64,000 bases of DNA from Geosiphon pyriformis uo1 (lineage: Eukaryota > Fungi > Glomeromycota), in contig JAAOMT010000657.1 in NCBI GenBank assembly GCA_016748015.1, positions 310,001 to 374,000 on the forward strand. The letters are read 5' to 3'. Of this stretch, positions 1 to 14,671 are shown piece after piece (positions within the stretch are counted from its first letter, which is position 1; each line of letters opens with the position of its first letter). Below the pieces are notes generated by a model. It had not been told where the DNA came from. It saw only the letters and a program-made list of their open reading frames with translations, and searched no databases. The position numbers and the translations under genes were made by a program.

Positions 1-3000
1 AGACATGTGTTTGCCATTATTGTGGTAAACAAAAACATTTAAAAATTAACTGCAAATTAAGGATGGATAACCAATGATCAGAAAATCAATATTAAAATCC
101 CAATCATTAGATTCCAACTCTGAATTATTACCCAAATTAAAGTCACTATTCACTTTATTATACCTAAATAACACATTAGTCAATTTATCAACCACCAGTG
201 TATTAAACTCCAGCACCCATAATTTATTAACCACAGCCTCAAATTATTTATTAAACAACCCTAATTCAAATACTGCCCCAAAACCCAGCTCTGATATCAC
301 ATGGAAGACTCAGAATAACTTAACAAAACTAGAGATTGGCAATAGTAGTCTATTAACTGATTTCCAGTTCCTTCAACCCAGCACCAAAATCATGTTCTTG
401 GAGTTTGAGAACTGGATACACCGAAAACCCGAATTTTTAGCAATATTTAAGTCTTCTGGTTACTCCAGAAGACGTCTCATCCAGCAACTAAAAATCTAAT
501 CAGAAGCAGCCACTTACCAGCAATATTCCACCAACAACCAGTACTGAGAACAAAACACTTGTTACCATATTCTCATTTGAACTCAAAGAAACTGTTCCAG
601 TTTTATTGCTTAATAGAGTCACTTTTAACACCAAATCTATCACCACAATGTACACTAACACCAGAGTTAATGGTCAATCTATTAAGCTTATTTTCAATAG
701 TGGTTTAGCAGGCAGCATTGTCACAAGACAACTCATGGACCAATTAGGTTGCTGAGTTGATTATGCTATTAGCACCAGAATTATTACAGCTGATAGAGCA
801 ACTAAAACTCCTATAGGCAAAATTGACAACTTTCCATTCAAAGTCAACAGTATTATCATCTCTATTAAAGTCTTAGTAATAAAAGCCACCCAATACCAAG
901 CACTTGTCAGCAATGACTGGTTGTCCAAAACCAATACAGTGCTTGATTGGACTATATAGGAGCTCCAACTCAGTCAGAATGGCCAACAAACATATGTACC
1001 AGCCACATGTGATTATTTTAAAACTACTTACACCTTAGCACCATTAATTGAACTTGAAGAAAAAAAGGCAAAGCCTATCTGGGAAGCCTATTAAGTCTTA
1101 TGGGCCAATGATAAGTACAACAAACTACCACCCATACCCTCATGAGATGACAAAGAAAAGGGAAAGTAAAAAGAGGAACTTACTTGGAATAACAATCAAA
1201 TATTGTGGACTAACAATGATTAGTACAAGCTAACACCAACTTGGAAGTGAGAAGAAACTAAAAAAGGGAAAGGGAAAGAAAAAAAAAAGAGCCAGCTTCA
1301 GCAATTACTACAATATATACCCCATACATTTATATTTTATCACAACTGTCTAACTATCACCAACTAAAACTGGTGTGCATCGATTGTGGCAAGAAATTGT
1401 CATTAATGGGTGCATGCTGTAGTAACAATAAAGAATACCCAATGGCAACCAAATTCTATTGTTGTTCTTGCATCCTTGAATGGTTTGGATGACCAAAAAG
1501 ACAAAGAAAATAGGATAATGAATCTTGTCTTGTTTGCAGAACTATCTTGTCTAATGAAGGAATGTGAAATAACATTTTTGAGTGTGGAGGAACATATAAC
1601 AAAATATGTTAATATACTATTCTAATAAACTATTGAGTATGAAAAAAAACTCCAATTAATGATGTATAGAAAAGAGCATTGTGACAAATGAAAAAATATC
1701 CCCATGACAAACATGAGATCTGGAGAATGGCAAGTGCAAAAGTAAAAGGTACTACTCTCAGTAAATTATTGAAAATTAAAAACAACCCATTATCTTTTTC
1801 TGAACCCAAATACATCTCAACTTTTAATGTTTTTGACAATATTGAGAACAATCCAGAAGAATTTTATGAGCACTATCAGTGCTTGGCACCAACAAGAAAA
1901 GAACAAAAACAATGTTTGGAAAAAATTAACACTTGATTATGTGATCACTGTTTGATTCTATGTGACTTTCAGTATTGTAATGAGTGTAATCTCATTTACA
2001 ATCCACTACTGCACATGATCTATACAATTTCAGAAAAGAAAAAACCAATTAGCAGCTATGCATCAGAATTGAAATCAACATTCTATTCTAATTCAAACTT
2101 CGATAATAATGACAATAAAAACAATAGTTCCAGCTCTGTTCAAAATAGTAAGAAAAATAGCAATAATTCAAACTCTAATTTAAACTCAAAACAATATATT
2201 GCACTTTCTGATCTCACCAAGGAGCAGGAACTTAAATAGTTTAGTGATAATAATGAAAGTATTATGCCTAAACATATGCATAATATTAATGTAGAGTTTG
2301 ATCTGAAATATCCAAGAAAAGAAACCATAAAATTGAAACCATATTTATGCACTTGTATTAATCTCAAAGTAGCATTGGAAATTTCAGCAACAACAATAGT
2401 TCAACTAGCATTTAGGAATAGCTTAGCAAAAAAGAGAATCAACATCAAAGGAGGAATAATTGACACAAGATATATAGGAAATATTATTGCAATGCTACAG
2501 AATGACTCAGAAAAGACCTATATTATAGAGTCAAATGAAAAGATAGCACAGGCAATATTTCTGCTTCTGGTTAAAATAGCTCAATTAGTGTCAGTAGAAA
2601 AAAAAGAAGAATTAAGAATAACAACAAGAAAGATTAGTGAATTCGGATCCATGAGTAGAATAAATATACCAGTTAATATGGCAGAAAAAGATATTATTGA
2701 CAAGAGAGAAATTATCTTTACCCATTAATCAATTTCCATTCCATTATATAACCAGTACATGTTAGCCATAGAAAAGAGAGTAAAGAATCAAGTTCAGATT
2801 TTTGAAGCAGAAACTACTATGTGTGAATCAGGAAAGATTGGATTTAACAATCTTTATATACCAGCCAAAAGCCCAAAACATATCAAAATTTCCATCTACA
2901 ACACAACAGGAGATGTTTTTAAGATACCAAAAGAAACTACCATCAGATATTTAAGCACTGAAGTTGAAGAACAATTACCAAACCTTATTTCAGACTTTCT

Positions 3001-5793
3001 ACAACTGTGTGAATATGTGAATATTATATCACAAATAATTTATGAACAAAGCAAATATTATCTACTCCAAACAAAACAATTAGAACAGATGAATTTGAAA
3101 AACTTGGACTCATTACAACAGATGCAGTTCAAGATATTACTCAACAACTTTAATGACATTTTTGCCAGTAAAAACAAATTTGGCAGAACTGACATTATCT
3201 AAAATTAGATAAAAACTGAAGATGTAATGCCAATTAAGCAAAAAGCATACCAAGTACCACCAGCCAGTCATGAAATAATCTAACAGGAAATCAATCAGAT
3301 GCTAAACAATGGGCTAATTCAGTTATTAATAAGTCTATGATCATTATCAATGGTACTAGTCTATAAGAAAAATAAAAAAATCTGCTTTTGTGTAGATTAC
3401 TGGAAACTAAATGGAATAACAAAAAGAGATAGCTACCTAATACCAAAAATCCAAGAACTTTTCAACACTTTTGGAGGAAAAAAATAGTTTTTAACTTTAG
3501 ACTTAGATAGTAGTTACTGGCAAGTAGCCATAAAACCAGAAGATAAAGAAAAAACAGCTTTTACAACCCAAAAAAAAAATTTTGAGTTTGAACTAATGCC
3601 ATTTGGCTTGATAAATGCTCCAACAACATTTCAATGGCTCATGGAAATTGTCTATACTGGACTGTTATAAAAATCAGTAATCATGTATTTGAATGATATC
3701 AACATGTTTTCAAAGACATTTGATAACTATCTTTATTATTTACAGCAAGTATTTAAGAGATTAAGAAGAGCAAAGCTAAAATTAAATGCCAACAAATGCT
3801 TTTTTGAAAAAATAAAATTAAGTTGTAAGCAAAAATAGTATTAAAACAGATCCAAATAAGATTAAAATTGTTAAGAACTTTTTAGTACCAAGTAATTTTA
3901 CTAAATTAAGAGCATTCTTGGAATTTGTTGGATACTATCACTGTTTCATCAAAGACTTTTCCAAAATAGCTTAATTATTATACCAACTTCAAACAAAGAA
4001 CACCAAATATGAATAGACTGAAATCCAACAAAAAGCATTTAACACACTGAGAAGAAAACTCATTCAAGTCTCAGTATTAATTTATCCAGATCACAACAAA
4101 CCATTTATCATTATTAGTAATGTATCTGATTAAGCATTAAGAGCTGTACTATCTTAGAAAGAACTAAATAAACAAAAACACCCAGTAGCTTACATTAGTA
4201 GAAACTTAAGTCCAGCTGAAAAAAACTATGGAACTTCAGCATTAAAACACTTAGCAATCTATTGGGCAGTCATAAAATGGAAAGAATACTTAAGCCAGAA
4301 ATTCGATATATACACTAACCATAAAAGATTAACTTCAATCCAAAAGCAAAAATTTGGAGATAATATCATGCTAGATAGAAAATAGAACTTTTACTATTTA
4401 ATTATACAGTACATTACAAAAAAGAAAAAGAAAAGAAAAAGAAAATGCCAACAGTTTGTCACAAATAAAACAAATCTAAAAACATTGCAACCCAAAAATA
4501 TTAACAATTTCAACACTATATTAATACCCAGCAGTTTGAGGAAAAATTATCTCCAAAAGAACAAAACCATATTAAACAACAATTCAAATATTTTATTACT
4601 TATTAAGATATACTTTATTGAAAAAACAGAAAGAATCCAAATCAACCAACCAAAGTAATCACAGAACCAGAGAAAAAAACAATATTATTTAACATGTACT
4701 CTAATCTAACAGCAGGATATTTTTACAAAAAAGCAATCATAGAAAAAATCAGAAAAAGATACTATTGGCTATCTATGTATCCAAACATTATCTAATATGT
4801 TCAAAATTGTAATGCTTGTCAAAGAAAAGGAGGAACAAAATCCAGAGAACCATTGAGATTAATCAAAGTGAGACAACTATTTAACTGAATTGGAATTGAC
4901 TTAGTAAAACCATTAACAATAACCAGCAAAGAAAACAGATATATTGCAGTAGCCATGGATTATTTTACTAAATGGCCAGAAGCAAAAGCAATTCAAAGAG
5001 CAAATGCAGAATCCATTGTCAAATTTGTTTATTAAAATCTAATCTGTTAACATGGATGTTTAAAAGAACTATTATCAGATTAAGGAACTTACTTTATAAA
5101 CAGAACACTAGCAAAATTAAGTTAAAAATTTGGAATCAAAAAACCATTATCATCACCATATTATTCACAAACAAATGGTTTAGTAGAAAAATTTAATAGA
5201 ATATTGTGTAAAGCAATTGCCAAAATCAGTCAAAAAAACCAGAATAAATGGGATTTGTTTATACCATCAGTATTATTTGCTTATCAGACAATAAAACAAA
5301 ACACTATACAAGCAACACTATTTAAATTAGTATACAGTAGAACAACAACATTACCAGTAAAAATAAAAGTCAGCACATATCCAATTAAACCAATAATAAA
5401 AGACAATTTTCAAAAAACATTGTTAAAAAAGACATATGAATTAATAGAAACACTAAAAAACAAATGGCAAAAAGCAGCTGATAATATTCAAAAGTCACAA
5501 AAAAAACAAAAAAAAAAACATGATAACCAATTACCAAATAAACTAATTGAATTCAAGATTGGAAACAAAGTACTTTTACATCATACCAAAGCAGAAAAAC
5601 AATGGAGTAAAAAATTTGATCTTAAATAGAACAGACCATTTTACATAAAAAAAATTCTAGAAAATGGAGCTTATAAATTAAGGTTGAACAACAAGATTTT
5701 AACCAAAACAGCATATAGAAACCATATCACAATATAGCATCATTATCCACCAGTAATATTTCACAATTGGAAGTACAGAGAATACTAGTCTGA
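1..5793 (+). mobile_element. Ty3/Gypsy LTR retrotransposon copy A (family A), degenerate gag-pol; 5' part lies outside the window
   Basis: Zinc knuckle CHYCGKQKHLKINC (12-53); protease-like LIFNSGLAGSI (~685-720); Cys-rich domain (~1360-2000); dUTPase (2264-2728, GGIIDTRYIGNI, KIAQAI, EFGSMS); RT (LDLDSSYWQV, MPFGL, YLNDI, ~3350-3800); RNase H (~4100-4450); integrase (4700-5700, IGIDLV, DYFTKWPEA, GPF-like RPFYI). Many in-frame stops. Confidence 0.93.
2264..2728 (+). pseudogene. dUTPase domain of copy A pol
   Basis: Degenerate trimeric dUTPase motifs 1-5: EFDL, LAFRNSLA, GGIIDTRYIG, KIAQAI, RKISEFGS. Confidence 0.85.
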
Positions 5794-6767
5794 TATTACT
5801 AAAGATTTTTGGTCTCTTTTCTTGAATGTTGTTAATGTTGATTTGCTGTAAATTCACGTTTTCAGGAAGTAGTTAAACCTCCAGTAACTGAATTTATCTT
5901 CAAATTATCTCTTATAATTTGAACTGCTGGGCTTATAAATAGAATGGCCAATTTTGTGTTAGTTACTTTGTGTAGTTATGTTGTAGTAAACATCAACTCT
6001 TTCCCAGAAATTGCTCATCTGGAAGCTCACTAAAAATGTGTAGTTACTTTGCTGTAAAAGTCAACTCTTCTACAGAAATCTCATCTGTAGGCTACTCTAA
6101 TGATTATAATAAAAAAAAAAACAGAAAATAAAAAAAAATGTAAAAGAAATAAAATTTTGTCAAGAGAAACGTTTTCTATTCAGGCCTAGAGTCACTAACA
6201 GATTACTGAAATTAATAGCTAATCAATTTCAAAATGTTAGTTGTGTTGAAAAAATTTCAAGTGTAATAATTTAAGAATTTGGTTTTTTGAATATTTTAAT
6301 TTTTATTTGATTTTGTAAAAGAGGATTTGTTCTAATTAAGATATCTAAAGTAGAATGCTATGGTAAAATACTATGAAAAGATACATTTTCTTGAAGAGAA
6401 AAGCTCTTTTTTTATACAATTTGTTGTAATACTAGTCTTTGAACTTGCACTTTTCTCTTTGCTACAATTTTGGTGAACTAAAGCTACATTTTGGCAAACT
6501 ACAAGTTATTTCACTGAACCATTGATTATTTCGGCCAATTTTTATTAATTTCGGCGAATTTTGACTATGTTAAATGGTTCAGGGTATTGTGTAATTTGAT
6601 CATCTTAATTTTTATGGTACAAATCGGATTATTGATTGAGTAATAATATTTAATAATTTGATTAAATAATAAGTAATATTCGAAATAATAATAATATATG
6701 CTAATTAATAATAGGAATTATGAGGGTAATTTCATGCTAATTAATAGCTAAAATTCTACTGGTAACA
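5794..6767 (-). repeat. 3' LTR of copy B
   Basis: Aligns end to end with 14672-15638, 20790-21657 and 50067-51048; TGTTAC...GTAACA-type termini, one end mutated. Confidence 0.93.
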
Positions 6768-7454
6768 TAATCTTTGCTTCAAGACTGAGCTCTATCAAAG
6801 TCCAAGTACTATCTATAATGTCAAGATAGTAGTCCAAGATAATTAAAGTCATCTGGTCTGACAATTGTTGAAATTTCAGTTCTGTAAGCTTTCCAATATA
6901 TTAAATCTTCATTGGATGGAGTATTAGATTTTATAGGACGTTTTCACAAGTGTTGAATAAATCATGGAGTCTAAATACTGCTCTAAGTTTGTAGCAAGTG
7001 TTTGTTGGTCCAGCTGCTATCTTAAATTTATTGTGAATTTGTTTTTGTATAGTTTCAGGAGTGATGTTGGTTGCTTCAAGTTCCAGTTTTCATTTATACA
7101 GTGTTTTTTCAATATAAAAATATTTATATATAAGAGTATGTTCATTGTTCTGTTCATTGAGGAATAGTAGAAGTTTTTGTTGAATTGTGGCATTTGGTAA
7201 AATGTCAATAGAAGCAGATAAAAAGTTTTCTTTTAGTGCTTGCTTCAAAAGTTCTGGTAATTGATTTTCAGAGTAACTTCTTGTTTTTTTTCTATAAGAG
7301 TGATAATTTTGGGAATTATTTACTACTGGTGCTGTGGTTTTTTTTGAGTATAATTAATTTGACTTCCATTAATTGTTATAGATAGGTCAAGAAGTGTTTT
7401 CAAAGCTAACATTAATTTTTGGGATATTTGTTAAATATTTCAGGGAATAATCAT
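6748..7454 (-). pseudogene. ORF3 of copy B (unknown function, disrupted)
   Basis: ATG at 7454 (MIIP); homologous to 21638-22345 and 51017-51736; ends MLPVEF* inside the LTR. Confidence 0.8.
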
Positions 7455-7616
7455 GATAAACTAACTAATTAATAAGTAATTTTAAAAAAAATAAAGAAAA
7501 TTATTTTTGGGTATAAGGTTTTTATTTGTTTTTGGGTTTGAGTATTTCTTTGTAGTTATTTACTATTTTTGTTTTATGTTTTGTGTATTAAAAAGATTAT
7601 TGTAAAAATGTTAAAT

Positions 7617-10600
7617 TAAATGTTCAAGTTTGGTTGTTGTTCTATTATAACTATTGGTTCTAAATTTTGGGAAATATTTTCAGGACTAATTAAAAGAGAA
7701 TGTGTACCAATTTGTGAAATAAGATTGTTTCTGAAATGATAGTATTTTAGTCTATCTCTATATGCAATTTTTGCCAGTATTTTGTTATCAAGTCTTAACT
7801 TGTATAATCTATTACTTAAAATTTCGTGAATATAAAATAGTTTATTCTATTTATGTTCAAATTTTCTACTCTATTGTTTTTTAGCCTTAGTTCTGTATAA
7901 GAAAACTTTATTTCTAACTTTAAATTTGTTGGTAACTAGTGACAGTTTGTTGTCATGTCTTTTTTTTTGTAGGGCTTGAGAATGTTCAATATGAGTAGCT
8001 GCTATGTGTCTCTTTTCTTTTAATGTACTAAGAAGAATGTAAGCTCTTCTTTAGAGTGTTTTTTGAAAGTTTTCTTTATTAATTGGTTGTACTGGGTATG
8101 TTTTTATTGTGAAATTAATTGGTAATATTGCTGTCCTTTCATAAGTAAGATCAAATGGTGTGTGTTTTGTAGTATCTTGTTTTAGTGTTCTGTATACTAG
8201 TAATACTGATAAAATAAAGATATTCTATTCTTGCTCAAAATCTGTTAAGACTTTGACTAAAGATTCACACAATGTTCTATTAAAATATTCTATAAGTCTA
8301 TTTGTTTAAGAGTAATAAGGTAATAATAGAAGTCTTTTGACATTGAATTATTCACAAATTTCTTGTATCATGTTGTTTACAAAATGTGTTTTTTGATCAG
8401 ATAAAAGTTCAATTGGGCATTTATGTCTACAAATAATGTCTTTATAAATGAAATTTGCTATTGATTTTGCATTTGCTCTTTGGATGGCTCTAGCTTTAGG
8501 CCATTTAGTAAGATAATCTACTACAACTGCAATATAACAATTTCCTTGGATTGTAATAAGTAATGGTTCGACTAAATCAATTCCAACTCTGTCAAAAGGT
8601 TGTTCAACTTTGATTGGATTTAAAGGTTCTGTGAAGTGAGTTTCTTTTTTTTTTGACAACTATCACAAAATTCTACATATTGTCGAATGTTTTTTTGCAT
8701 GTGGGGCCAAAAATAATGTTTAAGAGTTCTTTGGATTGTTCCATCTCTTCCCAAGTATGCTGACAAAGAATCTGTATGCATGTTGTATAGAATTGTTTCT
8801 TTTTTATTTTTCTGTACTAATCTGAGTGATTGGTTTGGATTTCTGTAATTTTTATAATAAATTTTGTTGTGGTGGTGTTGTAATTAATGTTTTTTACTTG
8901 AAGACCAATTTTCTGGCATAGTAAGAGTCTCCAAATAGTTTTTGATGTTGTTGTAATTTCTGGGATCCATTGTTATTTGGTTATTTTGTTGGTAGATTGG
9001 TAAGTTGTGGTAGATTTGTTGTTAGTATTAATCTTGTCTTATTCTTGAGAGACTATTAACATTGGTGTGTAGTTTTCCTGGTTTGTAATATACAATATAT
9101 TTGTAGTCTGCTAGAAAGTCATTCCATCAAGACTGTTTGGCACTTTGTTCAGTTTTCTTTTTATTGAGCCATTTGAGGCCAATATTGTTAGTTATGATAT
9201 CAAATTTTTTTTCATTCTTCAGATATTGTTGAAAATGTTTAATAGTCCAAATAACTGCAACAGCTTCTAATTCAGTTGAGCCATATTTGAGTTCTGTTGG
9301 CTTAAGTGTTCTACTGGCATAGGCAATGACTTGTTCTTGATCATTTTTATTTAATTGTGATAAAATGGCACCAAAAGCTATGTGTAAGGCATCAATGATT
9401 AGTTGGAATTGTTTGTTGAAATTTGAGTAAGCAAAAACTGAAGCTGTTGTTAATTTTGTTTTAAGAGTGTCAAAGGCTTTCTGTTGTTCTTCAGTCTATT
9501 GATATGGCACGTTTTTGTTGGTAAGATAGTTGAGTGGTTTGGCAATCTCTAAGAATTTTTTTATGAATTTTCGATAGTAGAAGGCTAATTTTACAAATCT
9601 TTATAGCTCTGTGGTATTTTTGGAAATTTGAAAGTTTTTGATAGCATTGATTGTTTCAGAGTTTGGTTTGACTCTATTTTTGCTGACAATATGTCCAAGA
9701 AAGATTAAACTTGTTTTTTCAAAATGACATTTTTCAATGTTCAACTTTAATTCTGCTTTTCATAATTATTGAAAAACTTCTCACAGGTAAATAAGATGAG
9801 CTTCAAAGCTTGGTGAGTACATATTAGTATCATTAAGATAGATAACTACTAATTGCCATAAGAGTCCTTCATATACAACATTCATAAGTTACTGAAATGT
9901 TGCTGGTGCATTGCAAAGTTCAAAAGGCATAATATTGAATTCATAGTTTCCTTTTTGAGTAGTAAATGCTGTTTTGGGTCGATTTTTTGGATCTATTTTG
10001 ACTTGTCAGTATCTACTTTCCAAGTCTAAAGTTGAGAAAAACTTGGCTTTTTCTAGAACATTTAGCATGTTATCAATTCTTGGAAGAGAATAGATATCTC
10101 CAATTGTCATGCTATTGAGCTGTCGATAATCTACACAGAATTTGATTTTTTTATTTTTCTTTTTAACAAGAACTACTGGTGAGACCCAAGGACTTTTTGA
10201 TGATTGAATTAATCCATTATTGACTATTCTTTGAACTTTTTCCCTAATGAATTGGTGACTGGCAGATGGCACTCAATAAGCTTGTTGACATTTTGGTGGA
10301 GCATTTTTTATGTGGATCTAATGTTGAACAATATCAGTTTTTCCAAGATCATTATTGTCTTTTGCAAATATGTCAGCAAATTCTGCTATTAGCTGTTTTA
10401 ATTGTCTTTGTTGTTAAGGTTTTAAGGGACCCATGTTGATTCAAGAGAGTTTTTTTTCCAAAAGATAGTAGTTTTCAGTAGTAAGAATAATGTTTGAATT
10501 TGGAAGTAGTATATGTCTTATAATTTCGATGAAATTAGAAACAATTTGAGGGTTTTTATCTTGGAAGATATTGCTGTATATGATTCTAATTTCTGATTTA

Positions 10601-13600
10601 TTCAATAAGACAATAGGGTAATTATTGGAGTTGTAGAATGTAACTCAAAATTTTTTTATTCCTTTGGAAATATAAACATTTGGGATTGAGATTTCATGTT
10701 TTAAACAGATTTGTTTATTGGATTCAAAGATTTGTTAAGTAATGGTGAGTTTTGAGCAAGTGTAAATTTTGTAATGTTTTCTAAAAGATAAAATGGTAAT
10801 TGGTTGGAGAAGTTAAAGAATCTGGTAAGATTCATTCTGTGCATTGAAAGTTATATTTACTAGAACTGTAAATTGTCCAGTTGAACCAAAATCTTGAGTT
10901 CCTCTTTTACTTTTTTCTAATTGTTCTCTGTTGTTAACTGATTGTAAACCTGAAATGTTGATTAAAGGTAGATAAATTGCTTGGGCAATTTTTTCAGCAT
11001 GTTCAATTTTGAATGGTTTGTTGGTTTCATTCTGTAGCATAATTGTAATATTTCTTGTATATCCTGCATCTATAATTTTTCCTCTAATATTGATTCCTTT
11101 GCTTGCCAATGATGATTGAGAAGCAATTTGTATTATTGTTCCTGGTGGTATTTCAAGAACAATTTTGAGATTAATTTTGGTTAAAGATTTTGGTTGAAGA
11201 ACCAAAGTGTTTTTGTCAGGATATCTTAGGTCATATCTTGCATCAATTTCGTGGGCTTTTTCTGGTTTTATTCCTTTTCCATTGTTGTCAAAATATTTAA
11301 GTTGTATAGCAGGCTAGTTTTTAATAAGATAAATTGGGGTTGTTGTAATTACTTCTTCTGGCTTATGTTCTCCAAACTAAATTTTCTCTTGGTCATTTTC
11401 ACTGGGCAAAAGGATGCTAAGAGCATAGCATTCTGGACACTATTTGTCATCACAAGGCATAATGTACTCTTTATATAATTGAATGTTCATCTGTTTTAAT
11501 TATTGAATTTAAGCTTCTTGGGTTGGGTAAGTGTAGTTTGCAATTTGGTGATATGTCTCTACTTTATTTTTATAGTTGAATTCAGCCAATTTTATTGTGT
11601 ATTCAATGTATCCAGCTTTTTTTATTTGGCAGACATTTTTTTGTGTGACTTTATTAATTAAAGCCATTGCTAAGTTAAAAATTATTTTAGCATTATGAGA
11701 ATAGTGGTAGAGTTTCTTGAAAGCACTGTTGTATGCTGCATCAAATGGTGTTCTTCTTCTGACTTTTTTGAGATTAATAGAGCATATTGGCAGGTTTTAT
11801 TACATACTTCTCCTCTCATTGCAACATCAATTCAATTGTATTCTTCTGGTAGCATATCTTCACATGTGAAGCAAAGAGTGTTGTTCCATTTTCCACTTCT
11901 TTTGGGGTATCCAAATCGTTTTTTATGGCATGCTTTACAGTAGTAACAGATGTAAGTTTTATATTCCTCTTTTAAAGAAATACATGCTCCTATTAATGAA
12001 AGTTTTTTCTTACAATCTCTGCATTTAAGTGGGATATAGAATGGTTGTTTCCTTGGTTTTGGTGTAGAGTATTGAACAACATTTCATTCTCTGGTCTTCT
12101 TAAAGATTTCTTGTTCTGTTTCCTCAGCCCAATTAGATGTTAATCCAAGAGCCATAAAAGTTTCAGTGACTGGTAGTTTTTTCTCCTCTTCAAATTCGAA
12201 TACTAAGACTTTTTCAGATTTTTTATTAAAGATACCACAGGTGGCAGGTACTCTGATATATTGTTCTTGGTATGAAATCTTCAATTCCTGGGTTTTCTAA
12301 TCTAAATTTGCATTGGCCTTGAGAAGCCAATCATTTTCGACAAGAGCTTGGTATTGGAGTATATCTATGACTAGAACTTTGACTGGAATGGTGATTCCAT
12401 TAATGGTGAATGAGAAATTGTCAATTTCTCCTACTGGTGTTTTTTTATACTATTTGCTGTAACAATTACAGTTTGGGCTGGTCTGTCAACAGTTCTTTGA
12501 AGCTGTTATATTAACTAGTAGGTGATAATACTTTCAGCTAATCCACTGTCTAAGATTAACTGAATTGGTTTTCCTTTTACTTTAGTTTGTGTATACATAG
12601 CTGTAATTGCTTTTTGTTCATTGACTGCTGCATTGCTGAGCAAGAATGGTGATTTATTTGCTTTAAATTCGAATGAAAATAGATCTGAAAGATTGGCATT
12701 TTGGGCAATTTGGGCTGGTAGAATAGTATTGTTGAAAGAGTTTGATCTTGATGCTGCAACTTTACCTTCAAAAAGTGCAGTTTGTTAAAAATCCGATCTT
12801 TTAGATATTGTAAGATAACTGGGTTGAGTGTAATAGTGATTGGGTCTTTGTTAACCAAAGTTTTGGGGAACCAACTGGTTATTTGGGTTGATTCTGTTGT
12901 TGTTATTTTGAAATTGATTTTGAGGTGTGAATTAGTTTTGTTGAACCAATCTTCAGGCAGGTACTTGGTATTTTTGTGTAGGTGGCTGTTGATACTGTTG
13001 GATTGGTAGTAATTGTTAATATTGCTGCTGTGGGGCAGACTAATAGTAGTTGTTCTACTGTTGGGATCTTAAGAAATAGTAGACTGATAGTGGTGGCTGG
13101 TAATAAGATTGCTGTATTGAAACATAATATTGATTACTCCTGTTTTGTTAGTCTCTTTGTAGTTTTTTGCAATCTTATTTTCAATGTTCTGGAATTCTAC
13201 AATAATGACAACTTTGGTTTTGATTGTTTAATAATGATGAATAGTTGGTTTGGTTTTATTGTTGTGGTGACTGATATCTTTGTGGTTGTTGCTGTTGTTG
13301 CTGGTTAGTAAAATAGTTTTCAATCTTCTTTGTAAGTTGGACAATTTTTTTTTCAGCTGCTAAGCTGGTTTCTCCAATAGCAAGATTTACAAGTTTGGTA
13401 TAATTTGCTTTTTCTATTGTCATTTCATAGTTCTTTGCATATCTAATGGCTGTCACTAAGTTTTCTGAGGCATGTGAGTAAACTTTCTTATTAATTTGTC
13501 TTTTAATCCTGCTATAAACTGATCCGAAATCTGGGCATTAGAATAGTATTCATTGGTTTCCAATTGTTGAATTCATTAAAGAAGTTTGTTGAATCTTTCA

Positions 13601-14626
13601 AGATAGGTTATAATAGTTTCAGATATTTCTTGTTTAATATTGTGAAAGCAATTTTGGAGAGTGATAGAGGTGTTGTTGTCAGTAAATTGTTATAAAAAAG
13701 CATTTTTGAATGCTTGCCAGTTTTCAAATAGTTCTTTTAAGTTTTCAAACCATTTTTCTGCAGTTCTTTGGAAAAAGTATGGGATTGCTTTGAGTATTCT
13801 TGCTGCATTCCAATCATTTGCATCTTCTGCTTTTTGTACTTTGTCAAGTCATTCTTGAGAGCTGGTATTATTATCTTTACCAGTAAATTCTGGAATTTTT
13901 GCAATATAAGCAGTTGTCATTTCTTCTTAGTTTTTTTTTGTTCTGATTCAGTTTCTTCACTTTCCAAGTTTTCTGAATGATTATTTTTGTTTTCTTATAG
14001 GTAATCAATAATATTGGGACTAGTTGATATGGGTTTTTGCTATTGAGTAAGACTTTTGGGTGACTGAAAATCTTCTGGTCTTGAGAAATGGATAAGTGGT
14101 GAATTTGGTGTTTGTAATTAAGCAAGTGAAATTGGAAAAAGTGTGATTAAGAGTAGAAGTCTGGTGCTGGTTCCTTGTTCTGAAGTTTGCAAGTGTTTAA
14201 TAGTTATTTTTGGTGTCTTTGGGGTGATTGGGGTGGTGCTTGAATGTTGCTTTAGTTTTTTTGGCCTCTGTTGCTTGTTTCTGTTTCTGATTTAAAGTCA
14301 ATAGAGTATTTAGACTGTACTAGATATTTTTTTTCACAATACTGAATAATGCTAAAGTTAAGTTCTTGAAAGTAGGTGGCAAGAGTTTCACTGTTCAGGT
14401 TTTCTGTTTTCAATTGTGAATAGTACACTAAATTATTGTAGAGGTTGCTTCTAACTTCTAAAATATTGTAGTTTCCAAAAAGATAATTGTTGATGCAGTT
14501 TTTAATGTATTGGTATACTGATTTCTTGACAACTTCAATTCTGTCTGAAATGTTGAATTTTTGCTTACAGTGAGTGTAAATTGACTGATAATACTCTAGA
14601 GTTGTTGTGTCTGGTATGATTATCAC
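7617..14626 (-). pseudogene. gag-pol of copy B (N-extension, CA, NC, PR, Cys-rich domain, dUTPase, RT, RNase H, IN)
   Basis: ORF fragments 14252-14626, 13256-13456, 12084-12284, 10813-11205 (dUTPase), 10006-10272 (RT N-term SPWVSPVVLV, FCVDYRQLN), 8348-8659 (integrase core). Confidence 0.93.
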
Positions 14627-14671
14627 TTTGAATTTGTTGTTGTTGTGTTATTTCTGTGGGAGAGCACCAAA

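Noticed and set aside
12782-13308. Hydrophobic V/L-rich antisense ORFs (also 27869-28129, 57290-57499, 59923-60195)
   Set aside because: Shadows of CAA/AAC-rich gag codons; not conserved as frames between copies
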